Origin: Heptranchias perlo
Lineage: Eukaryota
DNA: 64,000 nt
Direction: 5' to 3'
NCBI RefSeq assembly: GCF_035084215.1
Contig: NC_090336.1
Span: forward strand, 53,754,001 to 53,818,000
Shown piece by piece: positions 11,865-23,589 of the stretch (the first letter of the stretch is position 1; every line of letters begins with the position of its first letter). Below the pieces are notes generated by a model that saw only the letters and a program-made list of their open reading frames with translations, had not been told where the DNA came from and did no database searches. The translations under genes were made by a program, and so were the position numbers.

Positions 11865-12060
11865 CTTACGAGAAGAGTTGATCTATTTTACTAAGTCTTG
11901 AGAGGCGAGCAATTCACAAATACTTTATCAGTCATTACATTTATATGGATCTTCTCCCTTGTGGCAGCAGATATGCATTTCCGACTACAGCGATAAAATG
12001 CTTTCACAGGAATAATACACATGCAGGAGGGATACTCATCTGTGTTAATGGATCCAATCA
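11865..12060 (-). pseudogene. Dead third copy of the zinc-finger exon (3' part)
   Basis: AAAGCATTTTATCGC shared exactly with copies A/B; frameshifted KAFYR..MHICCHKGEDPYKCND..VFVNCS vs KAFYR..VHLCRHTGEKPYKCDN..TFVDSS; ends in gtaag. Confidence 0.7.
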
Positions 12061-12069
12061 TCCTTAGAT

Positions 12070-13240
12070 ACAGGGGTGGTGCCAGTGGACTGGGGAATTG
12101 CAAATGTTACACCATTGCTCAAAAAAGGGTGTAAGGATAAACTCAGCATCTACAGGCCAGTCAGTTTAATCTCAGTGGTGGGGAAACTTTTAGAAACAAT
12201 AATCCGGGTCAAAATTAACAGTCACTTGGACAAGTGGGGATTAATTAAGGAAAGCCAACATGGATTTGTTAAAGGCAAATCGTGTTTAACTAACTTGATA
12301 GAGTTTTTTGATGAGGTAACAGAGAGGGTCGATAAGGGCAATATGGTTGATATAGTGTATATGGACTTCCAAAAGGCGTTTGATTAAGTGCCACATAATA
12401 GGCTTGTCATCAAAGTTGAAGCCCATGGAATAAAAGGGGTAGTGGCAACATGGATACAAAATTTGCTAAGTGACAGGAAACAGAGAGTAGCGGTGAACGG
12501 TTGTTTTTCAGACTGAAGGAAGGTATACAGTGGTGGTCCCCGGGGGTCGGTACGAGGACCATTGCTTTTTTGATATATATTAATGACTTGGACTTGGGTG
12601 GACAGGGCACAATTTCAAAATTTGCAGATGATAGAAAACTTGGAAGTGCAGTGAACAGTGAGGAGGATAGTGATGGACTTCAAGAGAATCTAGTCAGGCT
12701 GGTGAAATGGGCAGACATGTGGCAGATGAAATTTAATGCAGAAAATTCAGAAGTGATACATTTTGGTAGGAAGAACGAAGAGAGGCAATATAAACTAACG
12801 GGTACAATTCTAAAAGGGGTTCAGGAACAGAGAGATCTGGGGGTATATGTGCACAAATCGTTGAAGGTGGCAGGGCAGGTTGAGAAAGCGGTTAAAAAAG
12901 CATACAGGATCCTGGGCTTTCTAAATAGAGGCATAGAGTACAAAAGCAAGGAAGTCATGATGAACCTTTATAAAACACTGGTTCGGCCACAACTGGGGTA
13001 TCGTGTCCAGTTCTGGGCACCGCACTTCAGGAAAGATGTGAAGGCTTTAAAGAGGGTGCAGAAGAGATTTACTAGAATGGTTCCAGGGATGAAGGACTTC
13101 AATTACATGGATAGACTGAAGAAGCTGGGGTTGTTCTCCTTACAGCAGAGAAGGTTGAGAGGAGATTTGGTAGAGGTATTCAAAATCATGAAGGGTCTAG
13201 ACAGAGTAGATAGAGAGAAACTGTTTCCATTGGCAGAAGG
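12070..13240 (+). mobile_element. CR1 LINE RT region
   Basis: YRPVSLISVVGKLLE, YMDFQKAFD, SKFADD, RLRGDL motifs with stops and frameshifts. Confidence 0.92.
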
Positions 13241-14015
13241 TGATGCATGTTGGTTAAAAAATAAAAGCAGCAATTATGCTCTAAATGGAAGTAGGCTAGG
13301 TAGAAGAGCAGAGGGATTTAGGGGTACAGGTTCACAGTACATTAAAGGCAGCAGCTCAAATTGATAAGGCCATAAAAAATCTAATGGCATTCTGCGTTTA
13401 ATCAGAAGAGGTTTAGAATTTTAAAGCCAAGAGGAAACAATGAGCCTATATAAAACCTTAAGACCTCAATCAGAGTACTGTGTGCAGTGTTGGGCTCCGC
13501 ACTATCGGAAGGATATTGAAGTTTTAGAGAGGGTACAGTGAAGATTCACTAGGACGCTGCCAGGTATGAGGAAAAAGAAATACGAAGAAAGAATTGAAAA
13601 ATTGGGTCTTTTATCGTTGTAACAACGCAGGTTACGAAGCGATATGATAGAAATATTTACAATTATGAAAGGATGGGACAAGGTAGATAGAAACAGACTG
13701 TTTCCAGTAATTGAGGAGCCTCGAACGAGGGGCCATAGATATAAGATAACATGTAAGGTTTAGAACAGAGGATAGGAGAAACCTCTTTACTACAGAATTG
13801 TGAGGCTCTGGAATTCACTTCCAGGATTAGTAATTGAGATAGAAACTATATCAATGTTCAAGATTAGATTGGATAGCTGGATGAAGGGATATGGGAACAG
13901 GGTGGGTGAATAAGATTAGGACTATTTCCTCGCATGGAAAGTAACCACCAACATGAACTGGATGAGTTGAATGGCTTGTTTCCATTTGTAACTTCTATGT
14001 ATCATGCTATCTATG
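13241..14015 (+). mobile_element. Older CR1 LINE 3' fragment
   Basis: Second decayed copy of the RDLGV..EYCVQ..WNSLP region with a different tail. Confidence 0.75.
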
Positions 14016-14499
14016 ATTTTTTTTCCAACTTCCCCTTTAGTTCGTTTTCTGGTATGTTAAATTTGTGCCCTCTCACTACCATCATGTCAATACAGGGAAA
14101 ATAGTGAGGACCAATGCAATCAGAGTTATAAGGATTTTGACCTTTTAAGTCACTAGGACATGGGAGGGTGGGGGGTGGGGGTGATGCAATTTAATTTAGA
14201 TAGGTGTAAATTAATTATAATGGGATCAAGGATCCAAAAGAGTACGTGTTAAATGGAACAGTGGTCCTGCATGCTGATCATGAGAAATCTATAGCAGATA
14301 AATCTATAAAATTGTGAGCAAGAGTCCTTAATTGCAGTAGAAAGGGCAAGTAAGGTCCTGGGGTGCAATTGCAGGGTGATGGATTTTTGCTTTATAAAGT
14401 GTTGATCAGATTTCATCTGGATTACAGTGTGCAGTTCCGGTCACCATGGGAAATATATTGGGCTGGAAAATAACGACACACACTGTTATTAATGTGGAA

Positions 14500-14735
14500 T
14501 CATTTTTTTACGCAGCGAGTTGTAACGATCTGGCATGCACTGTCTGAAAGGGTGGTGGAAGCAGATTCAATAATAACTTTCAAAAGGGAACTGGGTAAAT
14601 ACTTGAAGGGAAAAACTATACAGGGCCGTGGGGAAAGAGCAGGGGGATGGGACTAGTTGGATAGCTCTTTCAAAGAGCCGGCACATGCACGATGGGCCGA
14701 ATGGCCTCCTCCTGTGCTGTACTATGATACTATGA
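14500..14735 (+). mobile_element. CR1 LINE 3' end
   Basis: FFTQRVV..W.AL; GGGCCGAATGGCCTCCT; (TACTATGA)2 tail. Confidence 0.8.
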
Positions 14736-15672
14736 AATCAGCCTGCAAGTTCAGGGGATTAGGAGATACGCCGGTCGCTTTACTTGCTGGTCGATTTACG
14801 CTGCTCCACCGATTGCTTCACACAAACAGCATCTCGCCCTTAGCCTCCCCGTTATTTTTAAGAACTTGCTGGATTTGCACATTTATTGCCCATTAAACTC
14901 GCTGCAGAAAGTTAGGGCTGGAACTTAACAGCTTAAGTACCCTTTTAACGATGTGATAATTGTTAAAGCAATGCCAATCAACCTCTCTGGCCCAGAAAGG
15001 GAAAAATTTAACTGTTCAATCTCATTCCTGCATGAAGTAAATTGTTGTTAGAGATTTTAAAAATGTTAAATTTTAAATGTTTTAATTTTTTTTCTTACTT
15101 TTCCTTTCTGACTCTTCTCTCCCTCTTAATCCAATCTTTCTTTCCCTCTCGTGATTTCTCTTTCTGTACCTGATTTGACTCAAATTCACCCTCCTTCTCC
15201 ATCATTGCTCTGTTTCTTTCTCAATCCTTAAATCTCATTGGTTAAGGAGATACCCTTTCGGTTCCGCATTCACCAAGATCCCAGATGCCCCGTTGCCCTC
15301 CCCGTAATCAGCTCGCATTTCCAGCAAGTTACGGCGGAAAAATATTTTGAGCTGAAGAGGGCAGGAAAAAGTCGAACTAACGCGCACACCACGAGATGTC
15401 CCGCTCCAGCAATATCTGGCCCATTATCGCTCAAGGGACGAGGGAGGCAGGCAACAAAGGTGATTCTAGGTCTCAGGAATTTAAGTTACGAATAAAAATT
15501 AAAATAAGAGGTTATATATAATTGAAAGTTTTCAAGGTTACGAAGTGAACTGACAAAACTGATCCAGGCAAATGGTTTACTATGGTGAAGGGTTCAAAAG
15601 TCAGAAAATACAAATTAAAAATTAGAAAATTAGGAATAAGAAAGGAAGTTAGGAGCAACTTTTTCCACCCAC

Positions 15673-15947
15673 CTTGGTCTGTCTCCTCCTCAGTTTTTGT
15701 TCCTTGCTGTTTCTGTTGCACAGAATATTTCCCAGCCACCTCTATTCTGTTATAAGTGCAAAAATGTTCATGTTCCACTGTGAGCGATTTCCTTTTATGC
15801 ACAGGCCTGTTGATTTCATCATCCCCGAGCCAGATGAACAGTTCATGTGCTGGTTCAATTGAGCGGCACACTCTATAATAGATCTTTCCACTGCACTGGG
15901 AAAGGGTCAGATTTTGCTCTGCGGGTGTCTTGGCAAGATTCACAAAC
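15673..15947 (-). CDS. PRDM-like gene: PR/SET C-terminal exon (phase 2-1)
   Basis: Acceptor tttatccag; (R)FVNLAKTPAEQNLTLSQCSGKIYYRVCRSIEPAHELFIWLGDDE..; donor CAAG|gtgggt joins exon 11590 in frame. Confidence 0.85.
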
Positions 15948-17353
15948 CTGGATAAAGTACAGAATTTTTATATCGCATGGGTCACATTTCAATGTTTCCA
16001 CTAGTTATCAGAAAAGTATTCTACCTATTTTTTCTTCTATCTTCTGCTCTAGTGCTTAATTACTTCTAGTAGCATTTATCCAACAAACGCATAATAACAA
16101 TAGGTTGTTATGCAGTAATGAGGGGCTGAAAATCTTAGTGTTCCTTTTCTTTAGCAGGGAAGTGGGAAGAAAATAATCAACGAAAAGTCTGAAGGTACTC
16201 TTGGAAAACAGTGGCGAATTCATGGTGCAAAAATAGTTTTGACCACTGGAGGCTATGACAACATCTACATAACTTACCGAGCATGACAAGACCAAAGTAC
16301 AGGAGTATAGTACTGTGTGGGCTGGCCTGGCACGGAATCAAAATGCCAGCATTTCAAAAAAACACAGACCAATTGCAGCGGACAGGATGGGGTGGGTGAG
16401 CTTCTCACTATTCCCTAGCCTTAGCTGGGTGACAGGAATTGTGTTAAGAGCAGCTGAGGAATGACGCCCCCTCCCATTTTCCCTCTTCTTCATGGGGGAT
16501 GCACCAATCTTACTCTCAACTGTTTTCCTACCCAATTGCTGAAAATAGAAACACCGTCAGAAGTGAACTTGAATTGCGTTCCACCACTGCAACCACAGTT
16601 GCCATTAAAAAGTAGAACTTTTAATTTTGATTTAATTAAACAATAAGACTGTTACTAATTGCTTCCTCAAAGACTTGTGAAGTCTTTCCAGTGAGCAGCT
16701 GAGCACATAAAACTGGTAAAGCCTGTGATTTGATCCCTGGCTTGAGCTGAGTTAGCAGTTCTAAGCAGAGGCATCTGTGGGGTGCTACAATTGGCCTCAG
16801 TGCCTCCAGGTAAGAGAAAGGAAAGTTGACCATTGGTTTTCATTGATCGCTATCCAGTCACTCCAGTCACTCCTGGAATGGTGGATGTGCACGTTGGATA
16901 AGGGCAGGGTTGGACTGAGTTGTGATCGCCTCCCCATGATTGAGTAACTTGCAGACCCTCTACTTTCAACACTTACACGTTAATAATGGTCACTTGGGTG
17001 AGGTACTGGACAACAACCAGCAAAAGAATAGAAAATTGCAAAGAAAAAAAACTGAGGAAGAATCATTAAATTTAGCAGAATATAAAAGGGAGCCATGAAC
17101 ATATTTATGGGCTTAAGTTAACACTATTTATCTTTGGAAAACTTAATTGAAAAGCAGAATAAACCAGTAAATAGTTACACTGTAAAGTCAGGAAATATAC
17201 TCCCCCTAGAGCAATAAAATCACAGGTCTAAAAATGGAGAACGCGCTTTTGGGGAAATCCATATTATTTATGGGACAATAAGCAGAAAATTGCATCTACG
17301 AAGCGAAGCATTAAATATACGATGTGATAAAGAGGGACTAACTGACAACTCAC

Positions 17354-17415
17354 CTCATCCAGTTGGATTTAGTTTCATCAAAGGCATGCAGATTGACCAA
17401 ATTTCTCTCCTGCAC
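17354..17415 (-). CDS. PRDM-like gene: short PR/SET middle exon (phase 0-2)
   Basis: ttcacag|VQERNLVNLHAFDETKSNWM(R)|gtgagt; NWMR is the PR-domain signature. Confidence 0.88.
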
Positions 17416-17593
17416 CTGTGAATTAAAAAACATTTTTTGTGCTGGTGTATTTATAATGGAAGATATATGCTTTGAAGAACGTAACATCTAATGTATCTCA
17501 GGCACTTTTTACAATGAACTCGATAGAGAATCCTGTTCTTGACAAAACAAGTCTCCAGCTGAATTTTACGACCGTGATATAGAAGCATCGAGT

Positions 17594-19215
17594 AGAATCA
17601 TAGAATCTTACAGTACAAGAGGAGGCCATTTAGCCCATCGTGCTTATGCCAGGTCTTTGGAAGAGTCGTCCAATTTAGTTCCACACCCCAGTTTTTTCTC
17701 TATAACCCTGCAAATTAGTTCTCTTCAAGTACATGTCCAATTGCCTTTTGAAAGTTCCCATGGAATCTGCTTCCATCACCCTTTCAGGTAGTACGTTCCA
17801 GATCTTAACAACCCTCTGTTAAGATCTCCTCATTTCCCCTCTAGCTCTTTTATCAATTATTATAAATCTATGATCTCTGGTTACCAACACATTTTCCAGA
17901 GGAAACAGTTTCTCCCTACTTGCTCTATCAAAACCTCTCATAATTTTGAACACCTCTATTAAATCTCCCCTTAACCTTCTCTATTCTAAGGAGAACAATC
18001 TCAGCGTCTCTAATCTCTCCAAATAACTGAAATCCCTCATCCCTGGTATCATCCTGGTAAACCTCCTCTGTACCCTCTCCAAGGCCTTGACAACCTTCCT
18101 GAAGTGTGGTGCCCAGAATTGTACACAATACTCCAGCTGAGGCCTAACCAGAGGTTTGTAAAAGTTTAGCACGGCTTCCTTGTTTTTGTATTCAATGCCC
18201 CTATTTACAAAGCCAAGTATCCCATATGCTTTCTTAACCACCTTATCAACTTGCCCTGCCACCTTCAAAGAATTGTGAATATGTACCCCCAGGTCCCTCT
18301 GCTCTTGCACCCCCCTCAAAATGGTACCATTTAGATTATACTGCCTCTCCATATTGTTCCTCTCAAAGTGCATCACTTCACACTTTCCTGCATTAAATTG
18401 CATCTGCCATCTGTCTGCCCATTTCACCAGTCTGTCTATGTCCTCCTGAACTCTGCTACTATCCTCCTCACTATTTACTACTTTGCCAAGTTTTGTATCA
18501 TCCGCAACCTTCGAAATTGTACTCCTTATACCCAAGTCCAGGTCATTTATATATATAAACAAGAAAAGCAATGGTCCTAAAGCTGACCCCTGGGGGACCC
18601 CACTGCATACGTCTCTCCAGTCAGAAAAACATCCATTTACCACTACTCTCTGCCTCCTATCCCATAGCCAATTACGAATCCAAGTTACAACCGTCCCTTT
18701 AACCCCATGTGCTTCTATTTTCCGAATAAGTCTGTTATGTGGTACTTTATCAAATGCCTTTTGAAAGTCCATACATACAACATCTACTGCACTACCTTCA
18801 TCAACCCACTCTGTTACTTCATCAAAGAACACAATCAGGTTAGTCAGACATGATTTTCCTTTAACAAATCCATGCTGGCTGTCCCTTATTAACCCATGCT
18901 TCTCCAAGTGAGAATTAATTTTGTCCTTGACAATGGTCTCTAATAGTTTTCCCACCACTGACGTTTAACTGGCTTACCTGTAGTTACCAGGTTTATCCCT
19001 CTCCCCTTTTTTGAACAGGAGTGTAACATTTGCAATCCTCCAGTCCTCTGGCACCACTCCCATATCCAAGGAGGATTGAAAAAATGTGGTTAGAGCTTCT
19101 GTTACCTCCACCCTTGCTTCCCTCAGCAACCTAGGATGCATCCCATCTGTGCCAGGTGACTTGTTAACTTTGAGTGATGCCAACCTATTTAGCAACTCCT
19201 TTCTATCTATTTTTA
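17594..19215 (-). mobile_element. CR1 LINE, 5'-truncated
   Basis: 325-aa RT ORF 17981-18958 plus KSPGTDGMHPRLL upstream and 3' tail. Confidence 0.93.
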
Positions 19216-19456
19216 ATCTTATCTATGTGACAAAAACTTCAAAAGCAACACCCGGCTGCTTATTGCACTTGTATTCTGATCATTGCAATACTAGCTGCTG
19301 TGGAGTAAAATGGCCATCATAATGCATCAAGCTCGCTGACACTCTACCAACTAAAGAAACAGGTTTGTTGATAAAAAAAAATTCTAGCGTGGGGGGGTGG
19401 GGGAGGGGTGGAATTAGCAATAATAAAAACATGAACAAAAAATAAACTATACATAC

Positions 19457-19728
19457 CATCTGGGAATATAGGTTTTCTGTTGGACCTTGTTCAACTGCAA
19501 TCTGGCCTTCATATGGTCCAAAAAGGACTCCTTTAGGTATGGTCTTCGCAGTGCACCATACTCCAAGCCCTCCCTCTCGATTCCCTGATGGTCCCACTGC
19601 AAGCCCCTGAGGAATGGTGTAAAATGCTCTCGAATGGGTGCCAAACTCAACAGATGTGTCCATGACAAAAACCGGTAGTCCAGCAGCAACAGATCCACCC
19701 ACAAAATACTCCTGACAGTCTTCAAAGA
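19457..19728 (-). CDS. PRDM-like gene: degenerate zinc-knuckle + PR/SET N-terminal exon (phase 1-0)
   Basis: tttttcttag|(F)FEDCQEYFV..PVFVMDT..TIPQGLAVGPS..GLGVWC..IPKGVLFGPYEGQI..YSQM|gtatgt; 272 bp. Confidence 0.9.
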
Positions 19729-19969
19729 CTAAGAAAAACAACAAAAAACAAACTTTACTTTAACAAGGAGCTTTTCTGTCATTTGAGAAAGAACTAAACA
19801 TTCCTCTAGTAGTTTTTCCCAATAACAAGCTTTTAATCAAATTTAAAGGCAAAATCTGTTAATTTAACTTGCACAGAAAGAGTTATAAATTATGAATCTG
19901 CTGATACTCAAAGTTAAAGGGGCACCTCTATTAAAATTGGAGGAGTAGCTTGTGCCACATTTGGCTACA

Positions 19970-20410
19970 TCGAGTCTACAGCACAGAAACAGGCCATTCG
20001 GCCCAACTGATCTATGCCGGCATTTATGCTCCACACGAGCCTCCTCCCTCCCTACTTCATCTAACCCTATCAGCATACCCTTCTATTCATTATCCAGCTT
20101 CCCTTTAAATACATCTATGCTATTTGCCTCAACTACTCCTTGTGGTAATGCATTCCACATTCTTACCACTCTTTGGGTAAAGAAGCTTCTCCTGAATACC
20201 CTATTGGATTTATTAGTGACTATCTTATATTTATGACCTCTAGTTTTGGATTCCCCACAAGTGGAAACATTTTCTCTACCTCCACCCTATCAAACCCTTT
20301 CATTATCTTGAAGACCTCGATCAGTCACCCCTCAGCCTTCTTTTTTCTAGAGAAAAGAGCCCCAGCCTGTTCAGCCTTTCCTGATAAGTATATCCTCTCA
20401 GTTCTGTTAT
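19970..20410 (-). mobile_element. CR1 LINE 3' end
   Basis: Minus-strand FFTQRVVRMWNALP and GGGCCGAATGGCCT hairpin. Confidence 0.8.
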
Positions 20411-21190
20411 CATCCATGTGCTACTTTAGAAACGGAAGGAATACCATGTGGAAATAAGCAGTTTTGGAAGACAGATAAAGAGGAAAAGTAGGACATGTAC
20501 TAATTACAAATAAATTGTACATCTCTGTGGTGTTGCTCACAAGTAGTGTGGTACCTGGGGTACAGTTTCTGATGTTTACTGCTGTCCTGCTGCATCTTAA
20601 GCATGCAGTGGTTCACTCACCACTGTACCAGCGCAAATGTACTGAAGCAATACATCACATGACTAACACAAAGTAAAACTATTATACAGCTTGTGGATAT
20701 GCAAGATCTAATATTTGTAATAATATATTGAAAAAGAAGAATGTTACGGGAAAGGGCAGAAGAATGGGACTGTCTGGGCAGATTCAGGTGAAGTCCCAGG
20801 TCATGACAGAAGTTTTAAATGGCTACTTTGCATCAGCCTTCACTCCAGTAGACGATGCTCAGTTACCATTAAAGTTCTAAGTGTCAAAGTAGATGCAGAT
20901 ATAATCCTGGATTGAAAAAAAGGGTCTCAAAACAGATCCTGACTGCATTCACCCGAGAGTGCTCGCTGAAAACTTTCTGCAATTTAATCGATTTGCTTGA
21001 GTAGGTTGCTGGCTCGTGATCAGTAGCTTTTCCTGCCTGTCTATATTTGAGTGTTTCAGGTAGTAGTTTTGCGCTATTGATGCGCATGAGACGAAGACTT
21101 TAATTACTCAATTTTTAAAAATTCATAATGATGTAACAAAAACTGAACTCAATTCAATACTGCAATTGTCCAAAATTAAGATTTACTTAC

Positions 21191-21314
21191 ACGAGTTAAC
21201 ATTTTCACTACTGCTTTTTAGAGGGGTGTTGCTGTCTTTTGTTAGCTCCCTCAGAGATGGTGCTTGCACCTCCATTGATTGGTTTGAGACCATGTTTCCA
21301 CCAAGTATCACTTC
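21191..21314 (-). CDS. PRDM-like gene: probable first coding exon (ATG at 21293)
   Basis: ttcttgcag|EVILGGN-MVSNQSMEVQAPSLRELTKDSNTPLKSSSENVNS|gtaagt; phase 1 fits the next exon; AACATGG Kozak context. Confidence 0.7.
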
Positions 21315-21807
21315 CTGCAAGAACAAATTGAGTTAAGTTTATCAAAAGGGGAAAGAGGCATGCAAATCTCACAATAGTTAGTGCCCATTCCCAGATACTC
21401 AACCACCAGTTGACAAATCTACAAACACACCAAAGAAATAAATAATGATTTTCAACTTTTGTGGCCATAAAAGCAGCTTGGAGCCGTGGCTGGTTACGAT
21501 CTTATTTTGTTTACAAACTGTCCTGGAGTATCGGGGCTGGGATCCAGCCAGGACTATAAAACACGCTGTTCTCTGCTAGACATAGGATTGCTAGCCAAGG
21601 ACAGGCCTGCCACGTCATCCCTATGGTGTTTTCCACAACATACCCAACGTACTTCTCCAGCAGGCGGCTTTGTAGCTCCAATAAACTGGCGATTCTCCTG
21701 TTGGGATAAATTATTGGGCTTTTAAAAATAAAATGGTGCTTTTAGGGATCAGGGAGTATTTCAGGTTACATTTTTTTCAAATGGAAAGAATTCACCACCA
21801 TCACCTT

Positions 21808-22458
21808 TGTAAGAAAAGCACTATACAAGCTTTCTTTATAATATTGTAAACCTTGTTAAGGAAAAGCAGTATGTCAGCTTTGCTGTGAACAAAGGCTTTC
21901 TGTCTGTCCAAACAAGCTGTTTTAACGACCTTGTGAAAGAGAAGGCCTCCATGGGCAATTAAACATTTGGGCACCAATCGTGTTTATCAGTTAAAAGGGG
22001 AGTCATCCCTAGCCTTGTTACGATTTCCTTGAAGATGGAGTTTGTACCATCCTGAAGGCCACTAATCATTAGCGAGTTGTTAGTTCCAAAATGTTGTGTT
22101 CCTAAGGGAGAAGACTGATAGCAGCCTCATGGGACAGAGGGGATGATTGATGGGAGACACATACAGAACTAAATGTCTAAAATCTGTATAAAGTTGGCTG
22201 CGTTTCCACACATTTCTCAGAGTGCTCTCAGGGCAGGACTCGACTGCTCAAGTAATCAAGAAGTGCACTTCGAAGCCTTGGAAAGTGATCAACTTTGTGT
22301 CAGGTTGTATCAATGTGACCAGCATCTTTGATTGCACTCTTGTATTTTAATCTCTTTGTTACTTGTTATAACTTCTTAATAAAGCCATTATATTTTGGAA
22401 CCAACCACCTTACGACCTTTTGATTAAGGATTCGAACAGTAAAAGTATTTTACTTACA
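21808..22458 (+). repeat. 5' LTR
   Basis: TGTAAG..CTTACA (inverted termini); TATA-like GTATAAAG; AATAAA at 22378; direct repeat of 36066-36712. Confidence 0.93.
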
Positions 22459-22461
22459 TGC

Positions 22462-22479
22462 TGGTGTTCCAGCGTAGGG
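22462..22479 (+). promoter_or_regulatory. Primer-binding-site-like sequence
   Basis: TGGTGTTCCAGCGTAGGG 3 nt after the 5' LTR; TGG pairs with tRNA CCA; cognate tRNA not certain. Confidence 0.65.
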
Positions 22480-22680
22480 CGTGAGGTTTTATTTGGTACA
22501 AACTATAGGTATTTGGGTTATTATGCGAAGTATAAGCATTTGGGTCGTTGTACTTGGTAAATGGGCAAAAGTTGAGATCACAGTTTGGGTCGTGGGAGAT
22601 CTATATAATTGTCCAGTGGTGGTACCGGGGTGAGTTGGTTACCCACGGTTGTGAGTTGATAACATGCTGATCACACGGAC

Positions 22681-23454
22681 TTATGGTGGGCTGGTGCGCT
22701 CACGGTCCGAGTGAGGTGGGCTGGTGCGCTCACGGTCTGAGTGAGGTGGGCTGGTGCGCTCACGGTCTGAGTGAGGTGGGCTGGTGCGCTCACGGTCCGA
22801 GTGAGGTGGGCTGGTGCGCTCACGGTCTGAGTGAGGTGGGCTGGTGCGCTCACGGTCTGTGTGAGGTGGGCTGGTGCGCTCACGGTCCGAGTGAGGTGGG
22901 CTGGTGCGCTCACGGTCCGAGTGAGGTGGGCTGGTGCGCTCACGGTCCGAGTGAGGTGGGCTGGTGCGCTCACGGTCCGAGTGAGGTGGGCTGGTGCGCT
23001 CACGGTCCGAGTGAGGTGGGCTGGTGCGCTCACGGTCCGAGTGAGGTGGGCTGGTGCGCTCACGGTCCGTGTGAGGTGGGCTGGTGCGCTCACGGTCCGT
23101 GTGAGGTGGGCTGGTGCGCTCACGGTCCGTGTGAGGTGGGCTGGTGCGCTCACGGTCTGAGTGAGGTGGGCTGGTGCGCTCACGGTCTGAGTGAGGTGGG
23201 CTGGTGCGCTCACGGTCTGAGTGAGGTGGGCTGGTGCGCTCACGGTCTGAGTGAGGTGGGCTGGTGCGCTCACGGTCTGAGTGAGGTGGGCTGGTGCGCT
23301 CACGGTCTGAGTGAGGTGGGCTGGTGCGCTCACGGTCCGAGTGAGGTGGGCTGGTGCGCTCACGGTCCGAGTGAGGTGGGCTGGTGCACTCTCGGTCTGA
23401 GTGAGGTGGGCTGGTGCGCTCACGGTCCGAGTGAGGTGGGCTGGTGCGCTCACG
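22681..23454. repeat. 30-bp minisatellite, ~26 copies
   Basis: Unit GTGAGGTGGGCTGGTGCGCTCACGGTCYGW, head-to-tail with no spacers. Confidence 0.98.
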
Positions 23455-23589
23455 TTTTTTGGGAGGAGGAAGTGAGTTGGTTAACGTGGCGAGAGATATC
23501 CTCGCACGGACTCACTGTTCGTTTTAATTTTTTTTTTTAAAAAGGGGAGTGTTTACCCATGTCAGAGGAGATTAATAATTGCGCAAATA

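Noticed and set aside
1996-21314. Naming the gene PRDM9
   Set aside because: No KRAB found, catalytic Tyr substituted, fingers not a single 84-bp minisatellite exon, and several motifs are closer to PRDM11/ZNF408; symbol left blank.
22681-23454. CRISPR-like array
   Set aside because: Units are head-to-tail with no unique spacers, there are no cas genes, and the context is vertebrate; it is a minisatellite.
22671-23540. 260-aa and 285-aa repetitive ORFs on both strands
   Set aside because: By-product of a stop-free 30-bp unit; the starts are non-ATG or unsupported.
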